Below are positions 1 through 11,337 of a stretch of 64,000 nt of DNA, piece by piece. Every line of letters starts with the position of its first letter. The first letter of the stretch is position 1. The notes under the pieces are model-generated. The model saw nothing but the letters and a program-made list of their open reading frames with translations. It was not told the DNA's origin and made no database searches. Position numbers and translations under genes: made by a program. The stretch comes from Basidiobolus meristosporus CBS 931.73 (taxonomy: Eukaryota; Fungi; Basidiobolomycota), in assembly GCA_002104905.1 (NCBI GenBank), contig MCFE01000232.1, forward strand, positions 1 to 64,000, in the 5' to 3' direction.

Positions 1-190
1 TTTCTCTTACTTTTCATGCATACAAATTGATTTACTTCCATTGAAACTTCAGTTGTTCCTCAATTGCCTATTGTGTTGACCCATACAAGTCCCTTTATCC
101 TACACTAACATTAAGCCCAACCCCACACTCAACAAGTAACTCCATTAAAATCCACCACTCAATAAGTATATCTGCTGTATCACTCTGGTT

Positions 191-2099
191 CTACAACTTT
201 GGCAGAAACCCAACAGCTTTATGCCACTGTTCATTAGCTGGTTCCCACACATCCTGGTCTTCAGCTGGAGCTGCAAGGTCTAGCATCTCATCTGCCAGTC
301 TTTGCAATAAATCCTTGCAATTATCCAGTGCATGTTTGTGAGCACTGTTTTTGAAGAAGCACTGCAACCTCTTGGTGTGCCTATTAATGTTCCAAAAATC
401 CACTGAAGGCATTGTGATAGTCTTTCAAGCTCTTGACATTGTAGCCTTGTCTGTCAGTGGGATCTCCACTCTGTCAACAATGGAGGATGTGGAGGCTGTA
501 GCGGAAAATTGCCTTTTTCAGCAAACTCATCTACCTTACTGCAGTGAAGCTCAACTGGCTGCACTTCCAACTCTTTTGAAAAAAGCTGTTTTCTTGTTGG
601 TAATTCTTCTTGGCTATGATAGGATTCAGTTTGTTCCAGGCTTGCAGTGTTAATTGGCAAGAACTGCAGTTTTTTTTGCATGCCTCCCTGTCTCAGGCTT
701 TGGTAGACAGATTTCCCTTTACCTTTTCCTTTATCACTGCCAGGTCTTTCACTGCTACTTTGTCTGAGTGCTTCCTGTGAAGAACTACATTTTTTCCTTG
801 ATAAATTCTGCTCTAACACATCTGTTTTGGCCTGCTTGTTGCTTGCTGGCACTCTTCTGGCAACCTGACTTTCTTTTCTGCTGGTTTTGAGCTCTCAACC
901 ATGGTTGTGACAGGCTCCTGTAAAAGCAGCTGGCTTTTATCACTGCCAGGTCCTTCACTGCTACTTGGACTGAGTGCTTCTTGAGTAGTACTACGCTTTT
1001 TCCTTGGTAAATGTTATGCTGGTGCATCTGTATCTGCCTGCTTTGTCCCTGATTGGCACTCTTCCAGCTACCTGACATCTCCTTGATGCTTGCCTGGAGC
1101 TTTTGACCCTTCTTGTGATGGGCTCTTGAGGAAGCCACTGGTTTTTGGCCATGGCACCCTTGTTCCTCTGCCTTTGATAGTTTCTGCTACTCTTAAAACA
1201 CTTTCTTAGTATACAAATGCTTGCCCAAAATCTGTTTGCTTGTTAGAATCCAGGATAATGCTCATGGAACAAGTCAAGTGCATACTACTTGGCCTTGAAT
1301 TCCTGATGGACCTATGGTATGCTGGCCTTGAGGTGATGGTGTGTTAGACTTCTGACAGCCTCTTGAATATTAGCCCACTCTTCAGTATTGCACTCAACAG
1401 CTTCACAGATTTTCAATGTCTTTTGCTTTTTAGGCTTTGGTAAAAGCACAACATTCTCTCCCTCCCATGCTTTGATAGGTTTTTCTGTGGGCTTCATCTT
1501 TGGGCACTGTTGTTATGCTTCCAAGACTGTATGGTGTCCTCTGCTGTTACATTGGGATATGGATCAATTCTTGGCTGCAACATTGAGCTACTTGAGTTCC
1601 TTCTTTGCAGCAAAGATACTGCTTTTGCTATCTGGGATATTGAATGCTCTACACATATTAACCACTCATCCTGTTTCTGGACTATTTCCTGATTTCTCTG
1701 GGCCATTGCATCTATCTTATCAGCCACTGCACCTAATTGCTTCAGTAATGCTTTGGTATGAGCTGACCACACACTTGCTAATATGGGTGGTGGTGATGTT
1801 ATGATGGCCACTTGCTGGCCTTCAACTGATGGTACTGTCTTTGCTACATTCTCATCTGCCTGAGCATAACAGTTAGCTTGTAGTCCTTCAGAGGTTCTCA
1901 ATTGCCAACTTGACTGAGAGCCTGAGGAGTCCACATTATTACCTTCAGTGGGCACACTGTCAACATGGCCTTTTTTGGATGTAGCCCCACTTGTTGCACT
2001 GAATGTCAAAGCAAGCTGTTGTCCAACTGTTCCTCTGATGCCATTGGTGGTGGGGCTTGGTTAGGAGCCAGACAACATTGCTTTATTCTTTGGCAGTAT
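191..2099 (-). pseudogene. Accessory gene of the CACTA-like element (coiled-coil, small helical domain, tandem ~69-aa repeat), frameshifted
   Basis: ORF fragments 1494-2009, 1312-1497, 454-852 and 191-412 join into one protein that recurs at 25023-26922 and 18551-19130. The start codon position reads ATA here, GTG in copy 2 and ATG at 18551. Confidence 0.6.
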
Positions 2100-2321
2100 A
2101 TATATGGAAGTGAGTCTAACCAAAGGGGAAATAGTGCTACATATACACGTGTATGTGGTGGCACAACTTTATTTATAATGCTTACTATGGTGGGTCATCA
2201 TTGAATCTTACATTCATGTAGGTGCAATGTCTCAAATACAAGACTGTCTTAGGTTCAAGTGAGTATTGACCAAGAAGCAATATAATAGCCTTAAGTTGTT
2301 GACAGTCAAACTGATTGCACC

Positions 2322-5305
2322 ATGGACAAGACTACTTTGAATCAATACTGTAGGAGATGAGAAAAAAGACTATGAGGCTACTGTGGCAAGCCTCTCAGCC
2401 ATGAAGCATGCAGACAGCATAGGAAGTATTGCAAGGATCATGGCCAGTGTTTTGCCACACAAGTCATATTTGACCATTCATTGGTCACAACTGTCCCTAA
2501 ATTATCTTGCCAGCTAGTTGATACTTCTATATCAGCACCTGGCCCTCTTTGTCACCTTGCGCAAACTGCATCAGGAGAGTTTGTGATGCCTTTAGGCTCA
2601 TCTCAACCTTCTGAATATGGCACGCAGAGTGATAGTTATGGCAAAGAAGGTTCAGTGATGGATTTTGAGCCTATCTCCCCTATCAACAGTACCATGTATG
2701 AGCCCAGTCAAATCCCTATATGCAATATGACAGCACCCATTGAAACAAATGCCAAGGATACTTTATGAAGCCAAGTAAGCCCAATAATCCATATACTGGT
2801 GAATATTGTAATGTTGTAGCTAGAGAAATGGCGCATTGCCACTAATATCAGTAATGGGGGCTTTGAGGATTTGTTACTACTTCTTGCCAAAATCATACCA
2901 GAATGCAACTTAAAATGTAGATGGTACAAGTGGACAACTGTCATGCAGCTGGCAACATATGATCCAGAGGCTGTCCTGATTCCAGCATATGCTAACAGTT
3001 ACATGGTATTCACATCCAAATATGCTACCATTGCAATGCGTCCAAATTGTCAGGAATCCACCACCATTGAGGGAAAGCATTGTTCACACTCCAGATATAT
3101 TCTGGTCATACCCTGTTTGAGGAAGCTGATGCAGTCCAACAAGTTTTGCAAACCTATACAGTATTGCACTCAGTATCAATCAAGTGCAAACATATCCAAT
3201 ATATTCAATGGCAAACATTTCAAACAGCTAAGAAGCAAGGGCTACTTTAAAGGATGTATGACCATGCTTGTGCCTTGGCACTTGATGGATTCTCATAAAA
3301 CAAGTACTCTACCAGTAAATCCTGCTGGCTACTGATTCTCATCAATCTGAATCTGTTGCCCATCTTACAGTATCAGAGCAATAATCTGATGGAAGTCTCA
3401 CTGGTATCTGGGCCTAAAGCACTGTCCAGCCTGGATAGCTACATGTATCCATTGCTGGATAAACTTTGTATGCTTTCCAGCAGGATAACAGTAAATGGGT
3501 GTCATGTAAAGCACATATTATTATCAGTATTGAAGATACCCCAGCCATCAGCAAGATAGCAGGTTTTTCTGGGCACAATGGACAGTATTGCTGTTGAATG
3601 TGTGAGATCCAGGGGATTTACTTCATAACTCACACACATTAATATTACCCAAGCACCAACACTAAAAACACAATCTTTCCACAGAGAGAACATACAGAAG
3701 CCAGCATGCAATTGTGGCAAATTTGGCAAGCTATAAGCCATTGGCTAGAGTATGGAATCAGTTGGAAACCAGGGATACTTAAGATAGGGGGTATTTGTTG
3801 GAGCAAAAGCTTTCCGCTGGGAGCAATATGTTTGCTTTTCAACAATATCCCTGTGCTGATGACCAAGTTGTAAATGGGGCATTTCAAGATAAATAAGCTC
3901 TTTGAGATACTGGAGAAATTTGAAGGAATTGGAAAGATATTACAAAGTATCTGCTACGCTAAGTACTTCTCACAGACTCCAATTAGTATTCATATGCATA
4001 TGCAGCAATACAAATGCAAAGACTGGATGAACTAGATATGTATTTATTCAAGTGACCTTCTGAAGCCATTCCTATCAATAGTACATTGGAAGCAATGGGT
4101 GTCATATGTGGACATTGTAGGAGTATATATACAAAAGTGGATTACCAACTCCAACTTGACACATCTACACCTGTTTTGCAAGGTGTTTGTGATGGGATTT
4201 GAGCAACCATACTACAAACATAAAGCTGAACATGTAGATCTCTGCCACTACTGTATCTATTCTCTACTTGATCTTGCACAGTATGCTGAAAATATTGGGC
4301 CTTGCTTCACCTTTTGGGAATTTTCTGTGGTGAGGATGTGTGGAGAGATAGGAAGACAAGTCAAGTTGCAGGTACTACCATGTCCCAATCTCATCCACAA
4401 TATTACCTTCAGGTCTATCATAGATGTGATGAGTTGGCACATGGAGGACAGCCAGGAAGAGTTGGAAAATACTGAGGACAGATATGGATGTGAAGACACC
4501 TATGCCTATGGCATTAAGAACCTAAGCAGCCCCAATGCATAGGTAATCAGTTAAGTAATGCAAGGTTGGGTTAGGTGCAGCAAGCAGCTAATTTTTATTA
4601 AGAAAACTCTACCAAGGTATGCCAGATTTCTCTTGGTCACAAGCCAACTTCTACACCATGCAATATGGAATTCACACAAACAAAAGCCAGAGCGCACCTA
4701 TAAGGGGCACTAGAATCCAGCAGGGATAAGGAATATATTGGCTAAATACCAAGAAGTTCTTTGCAGATATTCAGGAGGTATTCATGGCAGAAGTGGCAAC
4801 AACCAAGCATATGTTTGCAAGATATATATGTTACCAGCAATACAAGGTATATGGCAACTTTGCAAGTATCACACTAAAAAGCCGTAAAGTTGAGGTGATA
4901 GAAGTATGTCAATTGTGGCAGGTGTGTGCATTTGTAGAGGCTGGTAAGCAGAAGGCCATAATATTTTTTGATTCAAACTATATGTGGAATACCCAAGGCA
5001 GTAGTGGGCAAGCAAACAAAGAGGGGTGATTCTACAATGGAATATATGAATTGCACAAGGGGAGGTAAAAAAAGGAAATACTGTTTGGCAAATTGGTATG
5101 GTAGCATTATAGAGAACCATCTGTAGGCTGTCATACTGCCAATATAATGCCTTCAGAGTCTTGCTGTGAGGCCATCAAAATACTGTCAAGTCTCTAGCCA
5201 TGCAAGGCAATTAGATGTCCTGGCTGGTTGGATCCACTTAAAATAGTTGTAGAGCATGATAAGACTGCAACAATACAATGCAATTATTGTCACAGCACCA
5301 ATTAA
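2322..5305 (+). pseudogene. Tnp2 (Transposase_21)/DUF4218-like CACTA transposase, disrupted
   Basis: Fragments read IFNGKHFKQLRSKGYF, LVSGPKALSSLDSYMYPLLD and YAENIGPCFTFWEFSVVRMCGEIGRQVK. Many stops and frameshifts. Confidence 0.85.
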
Positions 5306-6254
5306 ATATTGTCAAGTTTAATTCCTTTATTTGATTGTAAAATTAGCAAAGTACCATTTTGATCCCATCATAAGATTGTTAGGAGGGTCAATAAATCCAA
5401 GCTGCTGGTACAATGATGGCCTCTAAACAAGATCCTGACAGCTGCTCTGGATTGAATCCACCTGCGGGACCAAATTATTTTTCATAGGTTTTAGGGCCTC
5501 TTGAATATTATCCCACTCTTCATCTTTATGCTCAGTTGCTTGACAGATCTTTGATGACTTTTGATACTTAGGCTTTAGTATAAATACAACAGTTGTTACC
5601 TCCTATATGGTGATAGGCTTTGTGTGGGCTTCATCTTTAGGCACTTTTGGGCTTCAGAGACTGTACAGTGCTCCTCTGCTGTTACATCAGGGAATGGCTC
5701 AGTTCTGGTCTGTGACATTGAGCAACTAGAGTTCCTTCCTTGCTTCCTAGACAATAATATCTCTACCATGAATATTGATAGCTCTACATGTATTATCTGT
5801 TTATCCTCTCTCTGGACTATTCCTGATTTCTCTTGGCCACTGAGTTTACTCTATCATTCACTGCACTTGATTGCCTCTTCAATGCTTTTGTATCAGCTGA
5901 CAACATACTTGCAAATATTGGTGGTGGTAATGATATGACAGTCAATGGCTGGTCTTCCACCAGAGGTGCTGAATTTGCTCCATTCTCATCTGCCTGGGTA
6001 TTGTTTTCAGCTTGTAGCTCAGCAGAGATTCTCATTTACCTACTTGACTGAGTGTCTGAGGAGTCCAAATTATTGCCTTTGATGGGCACACTATCAGCAT
6101 GGCTCTATTTGAGTGTAGCCCCACTTGTTGCACTGAATGTCAAGCAAGCAGCTGTCCAGCTGTTGCACTGCTGTTGTTTGTGGTGGGGTGTTGTTGGGAA
6201 TCAGACAGCTTTGCTCCATTAATTGGCAGCAAATATATGAAAGTGAGCCAAACC

Positions 6255-6799
6255 TGTTATGAATAGACACAAGGCAGGAGAGTAGAGCTAGGCAAGGCAG
6301 GACCAGGAAGGGACTTAGGTGTGGATCAACAAGGCAAGACGTGTTTCCAAGGCAAGGTGGATTTTCAAGGCAAGGCTATTTATTCAAGACCTGTGTTTAT
6401 CAGACTGAGGAATCATAAGGGGGGATAGGATAATACATACTTTTTGGCAATACAGATGCCAAGAGATATTGGCTAATACTGATGGGGTTCAGGGGTGAGG
6501 CACAGTAAGTGTGCTAAGATAGAATATACTAAAGATCAGACTGGAATATCACATGGAGATATGTCAGGGGTCAGCCAATCACATGACTAGGTCATGTGAC
6601 ATTTAGGCACCATACATTTCATGGGGCCACATAAATTCTAATGGGAAGCTTCCATAGAATGTTCTATTGTGTAATGTTGACTTGGAGCTTTCAAGAAGTT
6701 GCTAGAATGTAGTAGAACTTTCCAGAAGGAACTAGGATTTCTTCACTGACTTAATTTGGCTAGATACTTGGAGACCAGGGATATCATGTGATCATGACA
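6255..6799. mobile_element. Solo LTR, family B (545 bp)
   Basis: TGTTATGA...TCATGACA termini with a perfect 5-bp TSD AAACC (6250-6254 and 6800-6804). A partial second copy lies at 40583-40790. Confidence 0.85.
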
Positions 6800-7048
6800 A
6801 AACCAAAGGAGAAATAGTTTACATTTATGTGTGTATTGTGCCACAGCTATATTTATAAAGATTACTATGGAGGGTCATCATGAAGTCTTACATTCATGTA
6901 TATACAATGTCTTAAGTACACTACTGACTTAAACTCATCTTAATATTGACAAAAAAGTAATATTATAGCATTGCATTACCATGTGTCAAGCTGTTTGCCC
7001 CATGGAAATGATTTCTTTGATTCAGCAAAATAAGAAAAGGGAAAAGAG

Positions 7049-7376
7049 TATTGTAAAGATATATAATTCCACCTGAATCTCCACATAGCTTAGTTACTTC
7101 TGTCATTACCTTCATATCCTAGAGAATACTGACCAAAACCCTTGTTGGGATTTGATTAGAATAATATTACTAAAATATCAGGTACCCAAAACATGAAAAT
7201 TCTCAAAGTTGTCTAAGCCACCCCAAATTTTACGCACATGTTCTTGGGACCTTTCTGAGCCTATTCCATTGGTTTGTTATGCTAAGACCATGTTTATTCA
7301 ATCAAGCTTTCAGTGAAAATCACATAATCTACTTGTTCTTGTAATCACTTCTGATATCTCCAAGACTCTTACAACA
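7049..7376 (+). mobile_element. Solo LTR, Copia family D
   Basis: T(A)TTGTAA...TTACAACA termini with a perfect TSD AAGAG (7044-7048 and 7377-7381). Homologous to LTRs at 40791, 44712 and others. Confidence 0.88.
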
Positions 7377-7904
7377 AAGAGACCATATGGCTATGGTAAC
7401 AAGCCACTGAGCCACAAAGCATGCAGACAGCATAGGGAGTATTACAAAGATTATGGCCAGGCTTTTGTCACACAAGTCATATTTCAGCATTAATCAGTCA
7501 CTACTGTCCCAACAATATCTTGCCAGCCACTCAATACTTGTGTGATGGCTCCTGGATACAACTGTCACCTTGCGCAAACTGAGTCAGGTTAGCTTGTGAT
7601 ACCTTTTGGCTGAACTCAGCCTTGTGAATATGGCCTGCAGAGTGCTAGCTCTGAAGCAGAAGGCTCATTGATGGATTGTGAGCCTATCTCCCCCCTCAAC
7701 AGTACCCTGCAAGCAACCAGCAAAATTCCAATATGCAATGCACCATTACACACAGAAAATAATGCTAAGTATAGTTTATGGAGCCAAGTGAGCCCTATAA
7801 TCCATTTACTGGAGTATGGTGAAATGTTGTGGCTAGAGAAATGGCATGATTCAACTAATATCAGTAATGGTATACACAGTTTTGCAAGTGTTTTGTACAT
7901 GTGA

Positions 7905-8288
7905 TGCTCTTTGGGTGCAATAGCCTCTGGCAAAAGCTTGCTAGGAATACCTGGGTTTTGCCTCTAACCTACCAACAATTATTCTGGTACCTAGCCAATA
8001 TATTTCTTCTGCTTGTTAGATTCTAGTTCTCCTTATAAGTGTGTACTGGATCTTCTTTGTGTGAATTCTGTATTGAAAGATATAGAAATTGGCTTGTACC
8101 CAATGGAAACCTATCATACTTTGGTAAAGTTGTCCTATCAGTAATTAGTTACTTGTTGTGCTGTGGTGGTGTATAAGTCCATGAGAGAGGTACATCCAAC
8201 ACCTCTCATGTGTTTTGTGTGTGGGGTGCTCACTGGGTGCAAAAACCTCTAGCAAAAGCTTGCTAGAAATGCTTTAGTTCTGCCTCTA
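7905..8288. repeat. Pair of 62-bp imperfect direct repeats (7905-7966, 8227-8288) bracketing a short inverted CACTA fragment
   Basis: Shared core TGCTC..TGGGTGCAA...CCTCT.GCAAAAGCTTGCTAG.AAT.C...TGCCTCTA. About 7990-8165 matches the reverse CACTA sequence at about 9900-10050. Confidence 0.6.
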
Positions 8289-8679
8289 CTCCAATATCAG
8301 GGGAAATAGCCACAAGCTGGTCAAGGGAAAACTATTGAGCTACAATTCCCAACTTAGCTAGTGGCTAAGCAAGAGTATGTGCTGGGTTCAGCATCCTTTG
8401 AGATTAAAATATATTAAAGCTGCCAAAGTCACAACAACTGTAAGCTCCACCAGTAGGTACTTGAGAAGAATGCAGCTGTGATCAGTAGTGCCTAGACAGA
8501 GAAGCATCTTTGCTTATACAAGATCAAGCTTGGGAAGAATCAAGTATAGTAAAAGATACCCATTCTGAATATTCCTCACAAGTAGTGCCTCCAAGGTCAG
8601 TTGGCTATCAGTATGGTTTTCTGCAAGTGTCTTGTGGTCTGCAATTGGAGGTTCTGGCAGCAGCCAATAGCAGTGATTG

Positions 8680-8875
8680 CACTAATGAGCAAGTTGAAAT
8701 ATTGACAAAAGGGATGATGACTTATTATTGAGGGAGTGTCTCCCATATATATTTTACTCACCACCTAAGTGATCACTAACCACAGTGTTCCCAAAGGTTC
8801 TGAAGATCAATAGATGTCATGATATTATCAGGATGAGCTACTATTATTCTGATTAGGTGCCAGAAGGTTCTAAGA
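8680..8875 (+). mobile_element. Possible relic of a Copia RNase H C-terminus, PPT and LTR start
   Basis: Peptide TNEQVEILTKG resembles the Copia RNase H end motif (T..Q.ADILTK) and is followed by TTGAGGGAG then TGT. Short and degenerate. Confidence 0.3.
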
Positions 8876-9243
8876 TGTTACAAGTCTTGGTATAAGAGTT
8901 GTAGAGGAATAGGGAGTTTAGCTAGTATTGTATTCACTAAAACTTGAACTGATTTTTATTGAGGTTCCAGCAGCTCCTTATATACATTTTGCCAGATCAA
9001 TTGCTGACTAATTGTATTTCCTAATGTAGGTTGTGGCTGATGACTCATTTGATTGCATCATCATCACCCAATAAGATCCTACTTAATATATCTATTTCTG
9101 TCTGATAAGGATCTGCTGATTCATTTGCTGACTAATGCTACTGATTTCATAGATAATACTGATGTACTGATAACCTAAACATATACTAACTGATTTGACT
9201 AAAAACTGATCTAACTTAAACATTCAAGCGGCAGATCATAACA
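8876..9243 (-). mobile_element. Solo LTR, Gypsy family C (368 bp)
   Basis: TGTTACAA...ATCATAACA, homologous to the Gypsy 3' LTR at 20114-20481. Flanked by a 4-bp direct repeat AAGA, a possible TSD. Confidence 0.85.
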
Positions 9244-9479
9244 AAGAGGCATTGTGGTGGTGCTTTGCTAACTCTATTGCTGTATAGGTAAGTAAACTTG
9301 ATGGTGTTTGGGCATTTCTTCAATGGAATTTGCATGGCATTCTGACAGGCTTATTGTGGCCTAAACCTATTTGAGCAGACCCAATTAGTGAGCACATGCA
9401 AATGCCTAATATGGAAAAAAACTTGAGAGTATCTTGTCAGCCTTGTTGCACAAATCAGCTGACATTATAGCAGCAGTAC

Positions 9480-11337
9480 AGCAGTTTATGACAGCCTACA
9501 GCACCTATGGCTAGCATTGCATAACGCTAATGTATCAGTTTACCAATGGCATTCGCTTTTGCTACCTTCACTTGTGCCACTTGCATATTCCATTACAGAA
9601 TTCCCCCAATTTAGTTGCTTACCCACCACTGCCTGGGGTATTTCACATATATTTCAAATTAAAAAAAACTATGCCCTCCTGCTTACTAACCATTATATAC
9701 TTACACACCCACTACAATTGACACACTTCTATCACCTCAAATTTACAGCTTTTTAGAGTGCCACATGTAAAGTTGCTATATAATATATGTTGCTGGTGAC
9801 ATATATATCTTGCTAACAAATGCTTAGTTGCCACCACTTTTGTCATTAATACATCTTGAAAATCCACAAAATACTTTTTAATACTTAGCTAATATAGTCC
9901 TACTCCCTGCTGGATTCTAGTCCCCTGTATAGGTACATTCTGGTTCTTGTTTATGTAAGTTCCATATTGAATAGTGTAGAAATTTGCTTGTACCCAATGG
10001 AAACCTGCCATACATTGGGAAAGTTTTCCTAATAAGAATAAGTTGCTTGTTGCATCCAGCCCAACTGTGCATTACTTAAGTGATACCAACACTATGGTAG
10101 GGTAATCACACCTCCCACAGCCAAGCTTATCCATATAGCTACAATGATGCACTAATTCATATTTTATCTTATCAGTATTATTCCATTATTTTTTGCCCAA
10201 TTGTAAGTGTTACCCCCATATTATGTTTATTCTGATTTGTTATCAGCATAGCTTGTCCAAAATATTATTTAGCTTTGTGGTCACCAGATGTATCTACAAT
10301 GGGCATTACCCATGTCAGTACCTGTAACCCATGACTTAGGTCTGTGTTACCAGCCCTGCCATTTCATTACCATATATGGTATCAATTTGTGACATAGGTT
10401 TCAAACTTCTGATCCCCAATTGGTAGGATGTGCTGTGCCTTTTGGAACCTTTCAGAACTATCTTGAAATATTTTTAGCTTGTACTGATGTCATCAAGATT
10501 TCTACCAATTCCTGGAATCTTCTCAAACCTTGTTATGGATAATCACTTGGCAATCAGGAAAGTATTTAAGTGAAGTCAATCTCACATCAATAAGTCATCC
10601 CTTCTATCAATAACACTACTTCCTTATTGATTAGCAGTTGATCACTGCACCTACCTTCTGCAGTTACACCTCAGACTTGCCTTCAAGGAGCTTTCAAGGT
10701 AGTGCATAAGGCACACAGAGATCTCCGGAGACACTTGGAGTACCTAGGAAGCTAGAGAAGCAAGAGCTTTTATCATAGTGCCATAGTGACATATACACTA
10801 GCAGTTTAGACCCAGAGGTTATTGCACCCATCAGACACCTCATGCACCAAGGGTTGTATAGCTTAATGCATAAGAGCTGCTCAGCTTCTTAATGTTAGAG
10901 GCATAGGTGTCCCCATGTGCACATCTGTCCTCAGTACTTTCCAGCTCTTCCAGGCTGTCCTGCATGTGCCAACTCATCACATCCATGACAGAGTTGAAGG
11001 TGCTATTCTTGATGAGAATGGAATATAGTAGTACCTGCAACTTGACTTATCTTTGTATCTCCCCACACATCCTCCCTATACAAAACTCCCACATGGTGAA
11101 GCAAGGTCCAATATTCTCCTCACACTAAGTAAGATGGAGGCAAGAATGAATGCAGTAGAAGTAGAGATCTACAAGCTCAGCTTATTGCTTGTAGTATAGC
11201 TGATCAAATAATGTCACAAGCTACATGCACAAAAGCTGTAGATGCACCAAGTTGACATTGGTAATCTGCTTCTGAATAAATACTCTTACAATGTCCACAT
11301 ATGCTCCCAATGCTTCCAATGTATTCTGGGTATAAAC
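9480..11337 (-). mobile_element. CACTA-like transposase 3' fragment (reverse orientation), interrupted by a ~775-bp insertion
   Basis: Reverse complement of about 4070-5150 of copy 1. Cut on the right by the Copia A LTR. Confidence 0.75.
10088..10863. other. Unclassified ~775-bp insertion inside the CACTA fragment (possibly LTR-derived)
   Basis: CACTA homology stops at about 10087 and resumes at about 10864 at the adjacent position. CpG-poor and non-coding, with no convincing TSD or TIR. Confidence 0.4.

Larger units (their letters stand above)
1..5489 (+). mobile_element. CMC/CACTA-like DNA transposon, copy 1 (left end lies just outside the window), inactivated
   Basis: Colinear with the complete copy at 24533-30311. 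Right terminus AAATTATTTTTCATAGGT at about 5472-5489. Contains a decayed Tnp2-type transposase (+) and a divergent accessory ORF (-). Confidence 0.85.
5490..7904 (+). mobile_element. Older CACTA-like copy (accessory-gene 5' half, bidirectional spacer, transposase 5' end) interrupted by two solo LTRs
   Basis: Homologous to about 1360-2900 of copy 1. The sequence rejoins cleanly across the LTR insertions at 6255-6799 and 7049-7376. Confidence 0.75.
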
